Part shown: positions 38,015 through 48,779 of the stretch, one piece after another
Numbering within the stretch: position 1 is the first letter of the stretch
Layout: every line of letters begins with the position of its first letter
Source of the DNA: an uncultured Thiobacillus sp.
GTDB taxonomy: Bacteria > Pseudomonadota > Gammaproteobacteria > Burkholderiales > Thiobacillaceae
Assembly (NCBI GenBank): GCA_964452995.1
Contig: CAYVOR010000006.1
Span: forward strand, 4,395 to 68,394
Direction of reading: 5' to 3'
DNA: 64,000 bases
Notes under the pieces: model-generated
The model's input: the letters and a program-made list of their open reading frames with translations, nothing else
Databases searched by the model: none
What the model was told of the DNA's origin: nothing
Translations under genes and position numbers: made by a program

Positions 38015-38526
38015 AAATGGGTGATCCGCGTCTGTTCGCGCAGGCGCGCCCGGTGGAGGACTTTTCTTCGCCTGAATTGACGCAGCTGATCGTCGACATG
38101 CACGACACCATGCGGTCCTTGAACGGGGCGGGGCTGGCGGCGCCGCAGATCGGCGTGGGTTTGCAGGTCGTGATTTTCGAGATCGCCGCCAATCCGCGTT
38201 ACCCGGAGGCCGAAAACATCGCGTTCACGGTGCTGATCAATCCTGTGCTGACGCCGCTGTCCGATGTGCTGGAAGAGGGGTGGGAGGGATGTCTGTCGGT
38301 ACCGGGCATGCGCGGACTGGTGCCGCGCCACGTCAAGCTGCGCTACCAGGGCTTCGACGCCACCGGACGGCCGATCGATCGCAGCGTGAACGATTTCCAT
38401 GCGCGCGTGGTACAGCACGAGGTCGATCATCTGCACGGTATCCTGTATCCGATGCGTATCCGCGATCTACGCTATTTCGGTTTCACCGAGATCCTGTTCC
38501 CGGGGCAAACCCTGCAGGACGACTGA
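37993..38526 (+). CDS. def: Peptide deformylase
   Basis: [22 protein letters not shown]. Confidence 0.95.
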   Translation: MAIREVLKMGDPRLFAQARPVEDFSSPELTQLIVDMHDTMRSLNGAGLAAPQIGVGLQVVIFEIAANPRYPEAENIAFTVLINPVLTPLSDVLEEGWEGCLSVPGMRGLVPRHVKLRYQGFDATGRPIDRSVNDFHARVVQHEVDHLHGILYPMRIRDLRYFGFTEILFPGQTLQDD

Positions 38527-38564
38527 CGGGTTTCCGACGCTTTCAGGCATGCATTTAGCATGCC

Positions 38565-38591
38565 TAAAGTTGCGACGGTCCTCGCCGCTAA
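38565..38591 (+). promoter_or_regulatory. Putative sigma28 (FliA) promoter
   Basis: TAAA(GTT)-N15-GCCGCTAA. Confidence 0.7.
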
Positions 38592-38643
38592 CTTGTAGCG
38601 TAACCGTGGGCGATGTGCCCCGGCACACGCAGCAAGGATAACA

Positions 38644-39027
38644 ATGATCCCGGAACATCAGATCCAGCAGGCACAGCGTCACATTCACCACGTCGACGCG
38701 ATGATGGGCGAAGCGGCTCGGCTCTATGACATTGCCGCGCAGTTGATGGCGGTGCAGCGTCACTGGGCCGATCCCGGTCGCCCGCAGCGCCTCACGGCCG
38801 CACTGGAAGCCAGCCGCAGCGTCTGGCATGCGATCCAGACCGGACTGGCCGAAGGGACGTTGCGGGTGCCGCTGGACGTGCAGCACAACCTGCTGATCCT
38901 GTCGGTGTACGCCGACAGCAAGATCGGTTTGTGCGAAGCCACGCCCGATGCCGACACGCTGGGCAGCCTCATCGCCTTGACGCGCACGCTGGCAGGCAGC
39001 CTCAAGGAATGGCGGGAGGCGGCGTGA
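38644..39027 (+). CDS. FlaF-like flagellar regulator
   Basis: Pattern EA..L..IA..L...AL..SR.VW..IQ..L.....P..VQ.NL..LS.Y...L..LI..TR.LA..L resembles FlaF; sigma28-type promoter upstream. Confidence 0.55.
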   Translation: MIPEHQIQQAQRHIHHVDAMMGEAARLYDIAAQLMAVQRHWADPGRPQRLTAALEASRSVWHAIQTGLAEGTLRVPLDVQHNLLILSVYADSKIGLCEATPDADTLGSLIALTRTLAGSLKEWREAA

Positions 39028-39248
39028 AGGGCTTTTCGGATGCCGAACACCATTCGGGCCTGGGCTTTGCCGATGTGACGGGGGTGAATACGTCGATCCG
39101 TCCCGGTCGCGGGCGCACTCGCGTCAAGACCGAAGTGGATGAAAAGGTCAAGAAACCGGTCGACGGGGGTCGCAAGAAAACACCCACCGCCCGCAAAGCG
39201 CCGCCGCGCGGGCGCTACGTCGACGAATACGCGCGCCCCGCAGTCTAG
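39024..39248 (+). CDS. Small basic hypothetical protein
   Basis: GTGA overlap with the upstream stop, GGAGG RBS, 74 aa, ends GRYVDEYARPAV. Confidence 0.55.
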   Translation: MKGFSDAEHHSGLGFADVTGVNTSIRPGRGRTRVKTEVDEKVKKPVDGGRKKTPTARKAPPRGRYVDEYARPAV

Positions 39249-39279
39249 ACGCCGGCCAGGCTTCCAGGTCTGGCGCAGG

Positions 39280-41826
39280 TCACTTCAGCACTTCGATCGT
39301 CTCGGCTTCCAGCGCCTCGCGACCTGCGCGTGTCTGCAACGCTGCACCCTGGATCAGAAACGTATCCTCGACCCGCTCGCCCAGTGTGTCGATCCTGGCG
39401 GCATAGACGTTCACGTCATGCCGCATCAGCACGTCCGCCACCGCGAACAGCAGGCCCCCGCGATCCGCGCAGGTGATCGACAGCATGTAGCCGTGGCCCT
39501 GCGCATCGGCTTCCAGCCGCACCGTGGTGGGATAGGGATGGTGGCGTTGATGGCGCGACAGGCGGCCGCGCGGCACAGCCTGTATCGGGCGCGCCGGGTC
39601 GAGGTCGCGCGCCAGTTCGTATTCCACAAAACTGAGGAAATCACGGTAAGGGATGCCGCGATTGGCCAGATCCATCACCTGGAAGCTGTCCAGCGCATAG
39701 CCATTGCGCGTGGTGTGGATCTTGGCTTCGAGAATGGTGTACTGGATGCGGGCGAAAAACCCGCAGATGCGGGCAAAGATATCGGCGCGGTCGGGTGCGT
39801 AGACCAGCACCTGGATGCCCTCGCCGACCGGCGACAGCCGCGCCCGCACGACAGCGCTGGCGCTGTTGACATGGCGCCACAGCATGCGCACCTGCCAGGC
39901 CAGGTCGCGGGCATCGAAGCGGACGAAATAGCGCGCGTCGAGATGCTGCCATAGCGTATCAGCGGCACTGGCCGGCAGGCCGTACAGGGCGAGTTTGACC
40001 CGCGCTTCGTTCTGCCGGGCGGCAATGTCCGCCACACCCGCGTCGCCGCCAGTCAGCCGGGCGTGCGTGGCGTGGTAGAGATCTTCCAGCAGCTTGCCTT
40101 TCCAGGCGTTCCAGACGGTCGGGCTGGTGCCGCGGATATCGGCGACGGTCAGCAGATACAGGGCGGCCAGCCGGCGCGTGTCGCCGACTTGCGCTGCAAA
40201 AGCGGCGATAACCGCCGGGTCGCTGATGTCCGTCTTTTGCGAGGTGCGTGCCATGGCCAGATGCATGCGCACCAGCCACGCGACCAGATCGCTGTCCGGC
40301 CTGTCGAGTTGGTGCTGGCGGCAGAATCGCCGCGCATCGACTGCACCCAGTTCGGAATGGTCGCCGCCGCGCCCCTTGGCGATGTCGTGAAACAGCGTGG
40401 CCAGATAGAGTAGTTCGGGCTTGTCGAACGCGGCGATCAGGCGGCTGGCAAGCGGGAATTCGTGCGCCAGATCCGGCACGGTGAAGCGCCGCACATTGCG
40501 CAGCACGGTGAGAATGTGTTCGTCCACTGTGTAGACATGGAAGAGATCGTGCTGCATTTGCCCGACAATGCGGCCGAATGCCGGGATGTAGCGACCGAGC
40601 AGGCCGTAGCGGTGCATGGCGCGCAGCGCCCGGGTGACGCCCGCCGGTTGACGCAGCAAGGTCATGAACTGGGTGCGATGCAGCAGGTTGGCGCGGAACG
40701 CGGCATCGATGCGCGTACTGCCGCGCCACAGTGCGCGCAGCGTCGCCGGCTCGAATCCGGCCAGCTCAGGATGCCGGGCATAGACGATGAAGGCGCGCAG
40801 CAGGGCATCCGGCTTGCGCTCGAACAGATCGGCTTTGCGCGCTTCGAGCAGGTTGGCGCGCAGCTGGAAATCGGCGTCGATCGGCTCGGGCGGCACGGTC
40901 ACCGGGAACAGCCGTACGCGCAGCGACTGGATGAGGATGTCGTTGGCACGCTGGATCAGCTTTGCCGCCCGGTAGTAGCCCTGCATCAGGCGTTCGCCCG
41001 CGCGCTTGTGCGCGGTGGCGGCAAGCCCCAGGCGCGCCGCGAGTTCGGTCTGGTAATCGAAGGCGAGGCGGTCCTCGCGCCGTCCGGCCAGGAGGTGCAG
41101 ATGGATGCGCAAGGTCGACAGCGAATGTTCCTCGCGGGCAATGCGGCGCGCCTCGGCAGGGGTGAGCAGGTCGGCGCGTGCGATGTCGCGCCAGCTGCCT
41201 CCGATGCCGCAGGCCTGTGCCAGCCAGTGGATGGTGTGCAGATCGCGCAGCCCGCCGGGACTGTCTTTCAGGTTGGGTTCGAGCTTGTAGGCGCTGTCGT
41301 CGAAGCGTGCGTGGCGTGCCTGCTGTTCGGCCAGCTTGCCGTCAAAAAAATGCTGGGCGTCGAAACGTGCCTGGAAGCGGCGTCCGAATTCGTCGAACAG
41401 ATCAGCGGCACCGTACACGAAGCGCGCTTCGAGCAGATTGGTTTCCACCGTGATGTCCGTGGCTTCGGCCAGACAGGCGTCAATCGTGCGCACACTGTGA
41501 CCGATCTCCAGTCCGATATCCCAGCAGGCCTGCACCCAGCGCTCCAGCGTGGCCTGTTGAGCAGGCGAAGGGTCGTGGGGCAGCAGCATCAGCACGTCCA
41601 CGTCGGAGCCGGGAAACAGCTCGCAGCGTCCGTAGCCGCCGACGGCGGCAAGACAGAACGCGGGGGGCAGGGCAAGCCGGGTCGAGAGTTCGACCAGCAC
41701 GCTGTCGACCAGCGCGGCGTGGCGACTCAGGTAGTGGGTGGCGGGTTTGCGCAGAAAGACCGCCGCCAGGTCGGCACGGCCCGATTTGATCCGCTCGCGA
41801 AGATCGGCGAACGGCGGCCTGTTCAC
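39280..41826 (-). CDS. glnD: [Protein-PII] uridylyltransferase
   Basis: AVGGYGR..SDVD, NLKDSPGGLRD, HD domain (DEH..HDIAKG), two ACT domains. Confidence 0.96.
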   Translation of the reverse strand: MNRPPFADLRERIKSGRADLAAVFLRKPATHYLSRHAALVDSVLVELSTRLALPPAFCLAAVGGYGRCELFPGSDVDVLMLLPHDPSPAQQATLERWVQACWDIGLEIGHSVRTIDACLAEATDITVETNLLEARFVYGAADLFDEFGRRFQARFDAQHFFDGKLAEQQARHARFDDSAYKLEPNLKDSPGGLRDLHTIHWLAQACGIGGSWRDIARADLLTPAEARRIAREEHSLSTLRIHLHLLAGRREDRLAFDYQTELAARLGLAATAHKRAGERLMQGYYRAAKLIQRANDILIQSLRVRLFPVTVPPEPIDADFQLRANLLEARKADLFERKPDALLRAFIVYARHPELAGFEPATLRALWRGSTRIDAAFRANLLHRTQFMTLLRQPAGVTRALRAMHRYGLLGRYIPAFGRIVGQMQHDLFHVYTVDEHILTVLRNVRRFTVPDLAHEFPLASRLIAAFDKPELLYLATLFHDIAKGRGGDHSELGAVDARRFCRQHQLDRPDSDLVAWLVRMHLAMARTSQKTDISDPAVIAAFAAQVGDTRRLAALYLLTVADIRGTSPTVWNAWKGKLLEDLYHATHARLTGGDAGVADIAARQNEARVKLALYGLPASAADTLWQHLDARYFVRFDARDLAWQVRMLWRHVNSASAVVRARLSPVGEGIQVLVYAPDRADIFARICGFFARIQYTILEAKIHTTRNGYALDSFQVMDLANRGIPYRDFLSFVEYELARDLDPARPIQAVPRGRLSRHQRHHPYPTTVRLEADAQGHGYMLSITCADRGGLLFAVADVLMRHDVNVYAARIDTLGERVEDTFLIQGAALQTRAGREALEAETIEVLK

Positions 41827-42632
41827 GCAGCCTGGCGGATGACGTCGGGAACGGCCGGCGTGCCGGCCGAAACGGTCAGGACTTCGTAGCCGCTATCGGT
41901 CACCAGGATCGTGTGTTCCCATTGCGCGGAGAGGCTGCGGTCCTTGGTGACGATGGTCCAGCCGTCGGGCATCTGGCGGATGTCGCGGCGGCCGGCATTG
42001 ATCATCGGCTCGATGGTGAAGGTCATGCCGGGTTCCAGCACGAGACCGGTGCCGGGCTTGCCGTAGTGCAGCACCTGCGGGTCTTCGTGGAATTTGCGGC
42101 CGATGCCGTGGCCGCAGAATTCGCGCACCACGCTGTAGCCCTGATTTTCGGCAAAGCGCTGGATGGCGTGGCCGATGTCGCCCAGGCGAACGCCTGGCTT
42201 GACGCGATCGATACCGATCCACATCGCCTCGTAGGTAATCTGGATCAGGCGCCTGGCCTGGATCGACGCCTCGCCCGCCACGAACATGCGGCTGGTGTCG
42301 CCATGCCAGCCATCCTTGATGACGGTGATGTCGAGGTTCACGATGTCGCCGTTCTTCATCACCTTGTCGCCCGGTACGCCATGGCATACCTGGTTGTTGA
42401 TCGAGGTACAGATCGACTTGGGATAGGGACTATGGCCTGACGGCGCATAGTTCAATGGCGCCGGAATCGTGTCCTGCACATTGACCATGTAGTCGTGACA
42501 CAGCCGGTCGAGCTCGCCGGTGGAGACGCCGGGGGTGACGAAGGGTGTGATGTAGTCGAGCACTTCCGAAGCAAGTCGGCCGGCTACACGCATGCCTTCG
42601 ATTTCGGCGCCAGTTTTGATGGTGACAGTCAT
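41823..42632 (-). CDS. map: Methionine aminopeptidase type I
   Basis: CHGVP, DGWHGDTSR, GHGIG..FHE, EPMIN, SAQWEHT. Confidence 0.97.
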   Translation of the reverse strand: MTVTIKTGAEIEGMRVAGRLASEVLDYITPFVTPGVSTGELDRLCHDYMVNVQDTIPAPLNYAPSGHSPYPKSICTSINNQVCHGVPGDKVMKNGDIVNLDITVIKDGWHGDTSRMFVAGEASIQARRLIQITYEAMWIGIDRVKPGVRLGDIGHAIQRFAENQGYSVVREFCGHGIGRKFHEDPQVLHYGKPGTGLVLEPGMTFTIEPMINAGRRDIRQMPDGWTIVTKDRSLSAQWEHTILVTDSGYEVLTVSAGTPAVPDVIRQAA

Positions 42633-42802
42633 ATTGGTGCTGGTTGGGAAGCATTAATCATAAGACAGCATTCTAACGCGCCCGGCAGAGGCCGGAAAAA
42701 CCATGCCTGAATCATGGTAGCGGGAGCATGGGACGCACCGCGCGCCCTCTGGTTGCATTTGAGTCGGTGGTGGCGGCAGATTGCGTTGTTGCCGCCGGCG
42801 TC

Positions 42803-42831
42803 TTGAAATAAGCGCCCATTCGAATTAGAAT
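42803..42831 (+). promoter_or_regulatory. sigma70 promoter of rpsB-tsf
   Basis: TTGAAA-N17-TAGAAT followed by a GC-rich discriminator. Confidence 0.7.
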
Positions 42832-42861
42832 CGCCGGCTGTCCGGAATGGTTCGGACAAAT

Positions 42862-42940
42862 TCGCACACCTGTCATTAAAGGGTGGCCGCGTGTTCAACG
42901 TTCACACGCGGCTGCTGACGGGTGGAGGCTCAACCCTTTA
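42862..42940 (+). promoter_or_regulatory. rpsB (S2) autoregulatory leader
   Basis: CGCACAC..AAAGGGT..CCGCGTG/CACGCGG hairpin..GTGGAGGC..AACCCTTT, resembling proteobacterial S2 leaders. Confidence 0.65.
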
Positions 42941-42950
42941 GGAGATTTCC

Positions 42951-43694
42951 ATGTCTGTCACCATGCGCCAAATGCTGGAGGCCGGTGTCCATTTCGGCCA
43001 CCAGACCCGTTTCTGGAACCCCAGGATGGCCCCGTTCATCTTCGGTCATCGCAACAAGATTCATATCGTCAATCTGGAAAAATCGTTGCCGATGTTCCAG
43101 GAGGCGCAAAAATTCGTCCGTCAACTGTCTGCCAACAAGGGTAACGTGCTGTTTGTCGGCACCAAGCGTGCCGCGCGCGACATCGTGCGCGAAGAGGCAC
43201 AGCGCGCCGGCATGCCTTACGTCGACCAGCGCTGGCTCGGCGGCATGCTGACGAACTTCAAGACGGTCAAACAGTCAATCAAGCGTCTGAACGATCTGGA
43301 AGCCTCGCTGGCCGAACCCGGCCGTTTGTCGAAGAAGGAAACCCTCACCATCCAGCGCGAAGTCGACAAGTTGAATCGCAGCCTGGGGGGCATTCGTGAA
43401 ATGGGTGGCCTGCCCGACGCGCTGTTCATCATCGACGTTGGCTACCAGAAGGGCGCCGTGGTCGAGGCCAGGAAGCTGGGCATCCCGGTGATCGGCGTGG
43501 TCGACACCAACAACAGCCCGGAAGGCGTGGACTACATCGTTCCCGGCAACGACGATTCGGCGCGTGCGATTCGTCTGTACGCCCGTGGCATGGCCGATGC
43601 GGCGCTGGAAGGCCGCGCCCAGGTCATCAGTGAAATCGTGGGCGGCGAGGAGTTCGTCGAGGTGGAAGAAGAGGGTGACGTCGCCGCAGAATAA
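42951..43694 (+). CDS. rpsB: 30S ribosomal protein S2
   Basis: [32 protein letters not shown]. Confidence 0.99.
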   Translation: MSVTMRQMLEAGVHFGHQTRFWNPRMAPFIFGHRNKIHIVNLEKSLPMFQEAQKFVRQLSANKGNVLFVGTKRAARDIVREEAQRAGMPYVDQRWLGGMLTNFKTVKQSIKRLNDLEASLAEPGRLSKKETLTIQREVDKLNRSLGGIREMGGLPDALFIIDVGYQKGAVVEARKLGIPVIGVVDTNNSPEGVDYIVPGNDDSARAIRLYARGMADAALEGRAQVISEIVGGEEFVEVEEEGDVAAE

Positions 43695-43745
43695 GCACGA
43701 CGCACTCAATATCGCCGGGAGTTGCTTCCGGTGGACGTATTCGAG

Positions 43746-43768
43746 GAGGGGCGTTGGCCCCTCTTTCT
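43746..43768 (+). terminator. rpsB-tsf intergenic hairpin (weak terminator/attenuator)
   Basis: GAGGGGC-GTTG-GCCCCTC-TTTCT. Confidence 0.6.
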
Positions 43769-43812
43769 GTATTGGCTGAATTTAATCGAGTAATTTGGGA
43801 TAGGAGTTCGAA

Positions 43813-44685
43813 ATGGCTGAAATCACTGCAAGCATGGTCAAGGATCTGCGCGAAAAAACCGATGCACCGATGATGGACTGCAAGAAGGCGCTGTCGGAAG
43901 CCGGCGGCGATCTGCAGAAGGCAGAGGAGATCCTGCGCGTGCGGTTTGGCAACAAGGCCGCCAAGAGCGCCAGCCGTGTGGCCGCCGAAGGCATCGTGAC
44001 GATTGCCATCAGCGCCGACGGCAAATCGGCCGCCATGGTTGAAGTCAACTGCGAAACCGACTTCGTGGCGAAGAACGACGACTTCATGGCGTTGTCCAAT
44101 GCGCTGGCCGGCATGGTGCTGGAGCAGAATCCGGCCGATGTCGCGGCACTGTCCGCGCTGCCCTACAAGGGCACCACGGTGGAAGCCTTCCGTACCGAAC
44201 TGGTTGGCAAGATCGGCGAGAACATGTCGGTGCGCCGCTTCGTGCGCCTGAATGGTCAGGGCAAGTTCGCCAGCTATATTCATGGTGGCAAGATCGGCGT
44301 GCTGGTCGACGTGACCGGCGACGAAGCGCTGGCACGCGACATCGCCATGCACATCGCGGCGTCCAAGCCGAAGTCGCTGGATGCCTCGGGCGTGTCGCCC
44401 GATCTGCTCGATACGGAGCGCCGTATCGCGATCGAGAAGGCCAAGGAAGCCGGCAAGCCGGAAGCCATGCTGGAGAAGATTGCCGAAGGCACGGTGCAGA
44501 AGTTCCTCAAGGAGGTCACGCTGCTGTCGCAGCCCTTCGTCAAGGACGACAAGCAGACCGTCGAGCAGGTGCTGAAGGCGAAAAACTCGCAATGCCATGG
44601 CTTCGCGATGTACGTGGTGGGCGAGGGCATCGAAAAGAAAGTGTCCGATTTTGCCGCTGAAGTCGCGGCTGCCACCCAGGTCTGA
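43813..44685 (+). CDS. tsf: Elongation factor Ts
   Basis: [26 protein letters not shown]. Confidence 0.99.
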   Translation: MAEITASMVKDLREKTDAPMMDCKKALSEAGGDLQKAEEILRVRFGNKAAKSASRVAAEGIVTIAISADGKSAAMVEVNCETDFVAKNDDFMALSNALAGMVLEQNPADVAALSALPYKGTTVEAFRTELVGKIGENMSVRRFVRLNGQGKFASYIHGGKIGVLVDVTGDEALARDIAMHIAASKPKSLDASGVSPDLLDTERRIAIEKAKEAGKPEAMLEKIAEGTVQKFLKEVTLLSQPFVKDDKQTVEQVLKAKNSQCHGFAMYVVGEGIEKKVSDFAAEVAAATQV

Positions 44686-44691
44686 TCCGGC

Positions 44692-45405
44692 ATGGAACCG
44701 GCTCGTCGCATCCTGCTGAAGTTGTCCGGCGAGGCCCTGATGGGACCGGACAGCTTTGGCTATCACGCCGGGACGATGGCCGGCTTCGTCGACCAGATTC
44801 GTGACGTTGTGGCGCTGGGCGTGCAGGTTGGCATCGTGGTCGGTGGGGGCAACCTGTTTCGCGGCGCCACCGGCGCGTTAAGCGGGATGAATCGCGCTAC
44901 TGCGGATTCGATGGGCATGCTGGCGACGGTGATGAATGCGCTGGCGCTGAAGGATGCGCTGCAGCAGGCCGGCGTCGAGGCGCGCGTACAGACGGCCGTG
45001 CACATTGCGCACCTGGGCGAAGATTTCGAACGCGATGCTGCGGTGCGCGAACTGGAAGCCGGCCGGGTGGTGATTTTTGGCGGCGGAACCGGCAATCCGT
45101 TCTTTACCACCGATACCGCGGCGGCCCTGCGCGCGGCCGAGATCGGTGCCGGTCTGCTGCTGAAGGCGACCAAGGTCGATGGCGTCTATACCGCCGATCC
45201 GAAGAAGGATGCGAACGCCCGCCGCTACGAGACCCTGAGTTTCGACGAGGCGATCGCCAGCAATCTGGGCGTGCTCGACACCGCCGCCTTCGCCTTGTGC
45301 CGCGAACAGAAACTGTCGCTCGTCGTGTTCAACATCTTCAAGCCCGGCGCACTGAAGCGCGTCGTGATGGGCGAGGACGAGGGTACGCGGGTAAGCAACC
45401 ATTGA
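44692..45405 (+). CDS. pyrH: UMP kinase
   Basis: [25 protein letters not shown]. Confidence 0.98.
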   Translation: MEPARRILLKLSGEALMGPDSFGYHAGTMAGFVDQIRDVVALGVQVGIVVGGGNLFRGATGALSGMNRATADSMGMLATVMNALALKDALQQAGVEARVQTAVHIAHLGEDFERDAAVRELEAGRVVIFGGGTGNPFFTTDTAAALRAAEIGAGLLLKATKVDGVYTADPKKDANARRYETLSFDEAIASNLGVLDTAAFALCREQKLSLVVFNIFKPGALKRVVMGEDEGTRVSNH

Positions 45406-45414
45406 GGAGCTGAA

Positions 45415-45987
45415 ATGGCCGAAGAAACCACCATTACCGAGATCAAGCAGTCCGCCGAGCAGAAAATGAGCAAGTCGCTGGAAGCGCTGAAAAACGACCT
45501 GGCCAAGGTACGAACCGGGCGTGCGCATACGGGCATTCTTGACCACGTCATGGTCGACTACTACGGCAACCCGACGCCGGTGCCGCAGGTGGCCAGCGTC
45601 TCGCTGGTCGATTCGCGCACGCTGGGCGTGCAGCCGTATGAAAAGAACATGGTCGGCAAGATCGAGAAGGCGATTCGCGATGGCGATCTGGGCCTGAATC
45701 CGGCGACGCACGGTGACATCATCCGTGTGCCGATGCCGTCGCTGACCGAAGAGCGTCGCCGCGATCTGATCAAGGTCGTGCGCAATGAAGCCGAGGGTGC
45801 GCGCGTGGCGGTGCGCAACATTCGCCGCGACGCCAACGGTGCCGTGAAGGACATGGTCAAGGCCAAGACCGCGACTGAGGACGAGGATCGCCGTACCCAG
45901 GACGAGGTGCAGAAACTGACCGACAAGTTCATTGGCGAGATTGACAAGCTGCTGGCCGATAAAGAGAAAGACCTGCTCGCGGTCTGA
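45415..45987 (+). CDS. frr: Ribosome recycling factor
   Basis: RTGRA, LTEERR, VRNIRR. Confidence 0.98.
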   Translation: MAEETTITEIKQSAEQKMSKSLEALKNDLAKVRTGRAHTGILDHVMVDYYGNPTPVPQVASVSLVDSRTLGVQPYEKNMVGKIEKAIRDGDLGLNPATHGDIIRVPMPSLTEERRRDLIKVVRNEAEGARVAVRNIRRDANGAVKDMVKAKTATEDEDRRTQDEVQKLTDKFIGEIDKLLADKEKDLLAV

Positions 45988-46010
45988 GCAGCCAGACGAG
46001 CATATCCGGC

Positions 46011-46757
46011 ATGTCTTCCCGCAAGAAGCAAGCGACGCCTGCCGGCACCGACGTGCCGCAACACATCGCCATCATCATGGATGGCAATGGTCGCTGGGCG
46101 AAGCGCCGGCTGATGCCGCGCGTGGCCGGTCATCGCAAGGGCGTCGAGGCGCTGCGTGGCGTCATCCGCGCATGTGCCGAACGCGGCGTGTCGCATCTCA
46201 CGGTATTTGCCTTCAGCTCCGAAAACTGGCGGCGCCCGCAGGATGAAGTCACGCTGCTGATGGAGTTGTTCATGCGCGCGCTGGAAAATGAAGTCGCGCG
46301 ACTGCACGAAAACGGGATTCGTTTTCGCGTTATTGGCGACCTGTCAGGTTTTTCCGAGCGCATCCAGACCCTGATTCGCGACGCGGAAGCGCTGACGCGC
46401 AACAACACCCGCCTCACCTTCACGGTGGCTGCCAATTACGGCGGCCGCTGGGATATCGTGCAGGCAGTGAAGAAACTGATGGCGGCCGGTGTGTCGCCGG
46501 ACGCGATGGATGAGGCGGCGTTGACGCGACAGCTCAGTATTGCCGACATGCCCGAGCCGGACCTGTTCATCCGCACCGGCGGTGAAAAGCGCATCAGCAA
46601 TTTCCTGTTGTGGCAACTGGCCTACACCGAACTCTATTTTACCGATGCGCTTTGGCCTGACTTCGATCCGGCGGCGCTGGATGAAGCGATCAACTCCTAT
46701 CGAACCCGCGAACGCCGTTTTGGCCGCACCAGCGAGCAGGTGCAGTCCGCGTCGTGA
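46011..46757 (+). CDS. uppS: Undecaprenyl diphosphate synthase
   Basis: [30 protein letters not shown]. Confidence 0.97.
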   Translation: MSSRKKQATPAGTDVPQHIAIIMDGNGRWAKRRLMPRVAGHRKGVEALRGVIRACAERGVSHLTVFAFSSENWRRPQDEVTLLMELFMRALENEVARLHENGIRFRVIGDLSGFSERIQTLIRDAEALTRNNTRLTFTVAANYGGRWDIVQAVKKLMAAGVSPDAMDEAALTRQLSIADMPEPDLFIRTGGEKRISNFLLWQLAYTELYFTDALWPDFDPAALDEAINSYRTRERRFGRTSEQVQSAS

Positions 46758-46779
46758 CGGCATTCCGGAGACGCCATCC

Positions 46780-47586
46780 ATGACGCCGCTTTTCATGCGG
46801 ATCGGCACCGCCGCGTTGCTGCTGGCCGTGTTCGTGCCGGCCGCATGGTGGGCGCCCGCCTGGTTGTGGGGCATTCTGATGGCCGGTGTGGTGGGTCTGG
46901 CGGCTTACGAATGGGCGCGTCTGAGCCATTTCCCGGCACTGTCTGCACGCGTCTACGCCATTGTTCTGACGCTGTGCGCGTTGGGGCTGCCGTATGGACT
47001 GGCCGGAAACTGGCCGGTTTTCCAGTCCAGCCTGGTTATTCTGGCTGTCGCCTTCTGGCTGTTAATCGCGCCGCTGTGGCTACTGGGCCGCTGGCAGGCC
47101 TCCCATGCATTCGTGCGCGCCGTGATCGGGATTGTGATCCTGTTGCCAACCTGGGTGGCGTTGCTTTATCTGCATGCGCGCGGTCCCGCCGTGCTGCTGG
47201 GTGTGATGGCGATCGTCTGGATCGCCGATACCGCCGCCTATTTTTCCGGGCGCCTGTTCGGACGTCACAAGCTCGCACCCACCATCAGCCCCGGCAAAAC
47301 CTGGGAAGGCGTGATGGGTGCATGCGTGGCACTGGCCGTGTATGCCGTCGCGTTGAGCCTGTGGACCACCTTGCCTGTGCGGCCTTTGTTTCTCGTGATG
47401 GGCGGGTTGCTCTACCTGTCGGTGCTGGGCGATCTGTTCGAATCCTGGATCAAGCGCGTGGCAGGCATGAAGGACAGCGGCGACACGTTGCCGGGTCACG
47501 GCGGCGTACTTGACCGGATCGATGCGTTGACGTCCACCCTGCCGATCGCCACCGGCATGTGGATGTGGCTGGAGCATTCCACATGA
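46780..47586 (+). CDS. cdsA: Phosphatidate cytidylyltransferase
   Basis: [33 protein letters not shown]. Confidence 0.95.
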   Translation: MTPLFMRIGTAALLLAVFVPAAWWAPAWLWGILMAGVVGLAAYEWARLSHFPALSARVYAIVLTLCALGLPYGLAGNWPVFQSSLVILAVAFWLLIAPLWLLGRWQASHAFVRAVIGIVILLPTWVALLYLHARGPAVLLGVMAIVWIADTAAYFSGRLFGRHKLAPTISPGKTWEGVMGACVALAVYAVALSLWTTLPVRPLFLVMGGLLYLSVLGDLFESWIKRVAGMKDSGDTLPGHGGVLDRIDALTSTLPIATGMWMWLEHST

Positions 47587-48779
47587 ATAAAAGCGGCATG
47601 AAACCGCGTGTTCTCACCATCCTGGGCGCCACCGGCACGATCGGCGTCAACACGCTCGATGTCGTGGCGCGTCATCCCGATCGTTTCGAGGTGTTCGCCC
47701 TCACCGGTGCGACGCAGGTCGAGCGCATGGTCGAACAGATCCGCGCGTACCGGCCGCGCTTCGCGGCAATGAGCGAGCCGGCTGCGGCCGCTGCACTGCG
47801 CGACCGGGTGGCGGCCGAAGGCCTGGCGGTCGAAGTGCTCGAGGGCGCATCTGCGCTCACCGAGGTGGCGACGGCGCCCGAAGTCGATACCGTGATGGCG
47901 GCGATCGTGGGCGCTGCAGGCCTGCCGGCGACACTGGCGGCGGCCCGCGCGGGCAAGCGGATCCTTCTGGCCAACAAGGAAACCCTGGTGGTATCGGGTC
48001 AGCTCTTCATGGATGCAATCGCCGCGAGTGGCGCCGAGCTGCTGCCGATCGATTCCGAACACAATGCCATTTTTCAGGCGCTGCCGCGCGACTTCGACGG
48101 CGACTTCCAGCGTGCCGGGGTAAAGTCGCTGTGGCTCACCGCGTCCGGCGGTCCGTTCCGCACCCTGTCGGCCGAGGCGATCGCCGCCGCCACCCCGGCG
48201 CAGGCCGTGGCGCATCCCAACTGGGTGATGGGCAGGAAGATTTCGGTCGACTCGGCGAGCCTGATGAACAAGGGGCTCGAGGTGATCGAGGCACGCTGGC
48301 TGTTCAATGCGCGTCCCGAGCAGATCAGGGTAGTGGTGCATCCGCAAAGCATTGTGCATTCCATGGTCGAATATACTGACGGCTCGGTGATCGCGCAGAT
48401 GGGAACACCCGACATGCGCACGCCGATTGCCTACGCGCTGGGCTTTCCCGAGCGCATCGACGCGGGCGTGTCGCCGCTGGAACTGATGGGCCGGCAACTG
48501 ACTTTCGAAATGCCCGACACGACGCGCTTCCCGTGCCTGCAGCTCGCATTCGATGCGCTGACTGCAGGCGGCACTGCCGCGGCGGTGCTGAATGCCGCCA
48601 ACGAGGTCGCCGTCGCGCGTTTCCTCGATGATGCAATTCCGTTCGATGCCATCGCCGCCAGCATCGCCCATGCACTCGACACGCTGGCCGGCGGCCCGGC
48701 CGACACCCTGGACGATCTGCTCGACGCCGACCGCCAGGCGCGCCAGGTGACGGGCGCCTGGCTGGAGGCGCGTGCATGA
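47583..48779 (+). CDS. dxr: 1-deoxy-D-xylulose-5-phosphate reductoisomerase
   Basis: [31 protein letters not shown]. Confidence 0.97.
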   Translation: MNKSGMKPRVLTILGATGTIGVNTLDVVARHPDRFEVFALTGATQVERMVEQIRAYRPRFAAMSEPAAAAALRDRVAAEGLAVEVLEGASALTEVATAPEVDTVMAAIVGAAGLPATLAAARAGKRILLANKETLVVSGQLFMDAIAASGAELLPIDSEHNAIFQALPRDFDGDFQRAGVKSLWLTASGGPFRTLSAEAIAAATPAQAVAHPNWVMGRKISVDSASLMNKGLEVIEARWLFNARPEQIRVVVHPQSIVHSMVEYTDGSVIAQMGTPDMRTPIAYALGFPERIDAGVSPLELMGRQLTFEMPDTTRFPCLQLAFDALTAGGTAAAVLNAANEVAVARFLDDAIPFDAIAASIAHALDTLAGGPADTLDDLLDADRQARQVTGAWLEARA

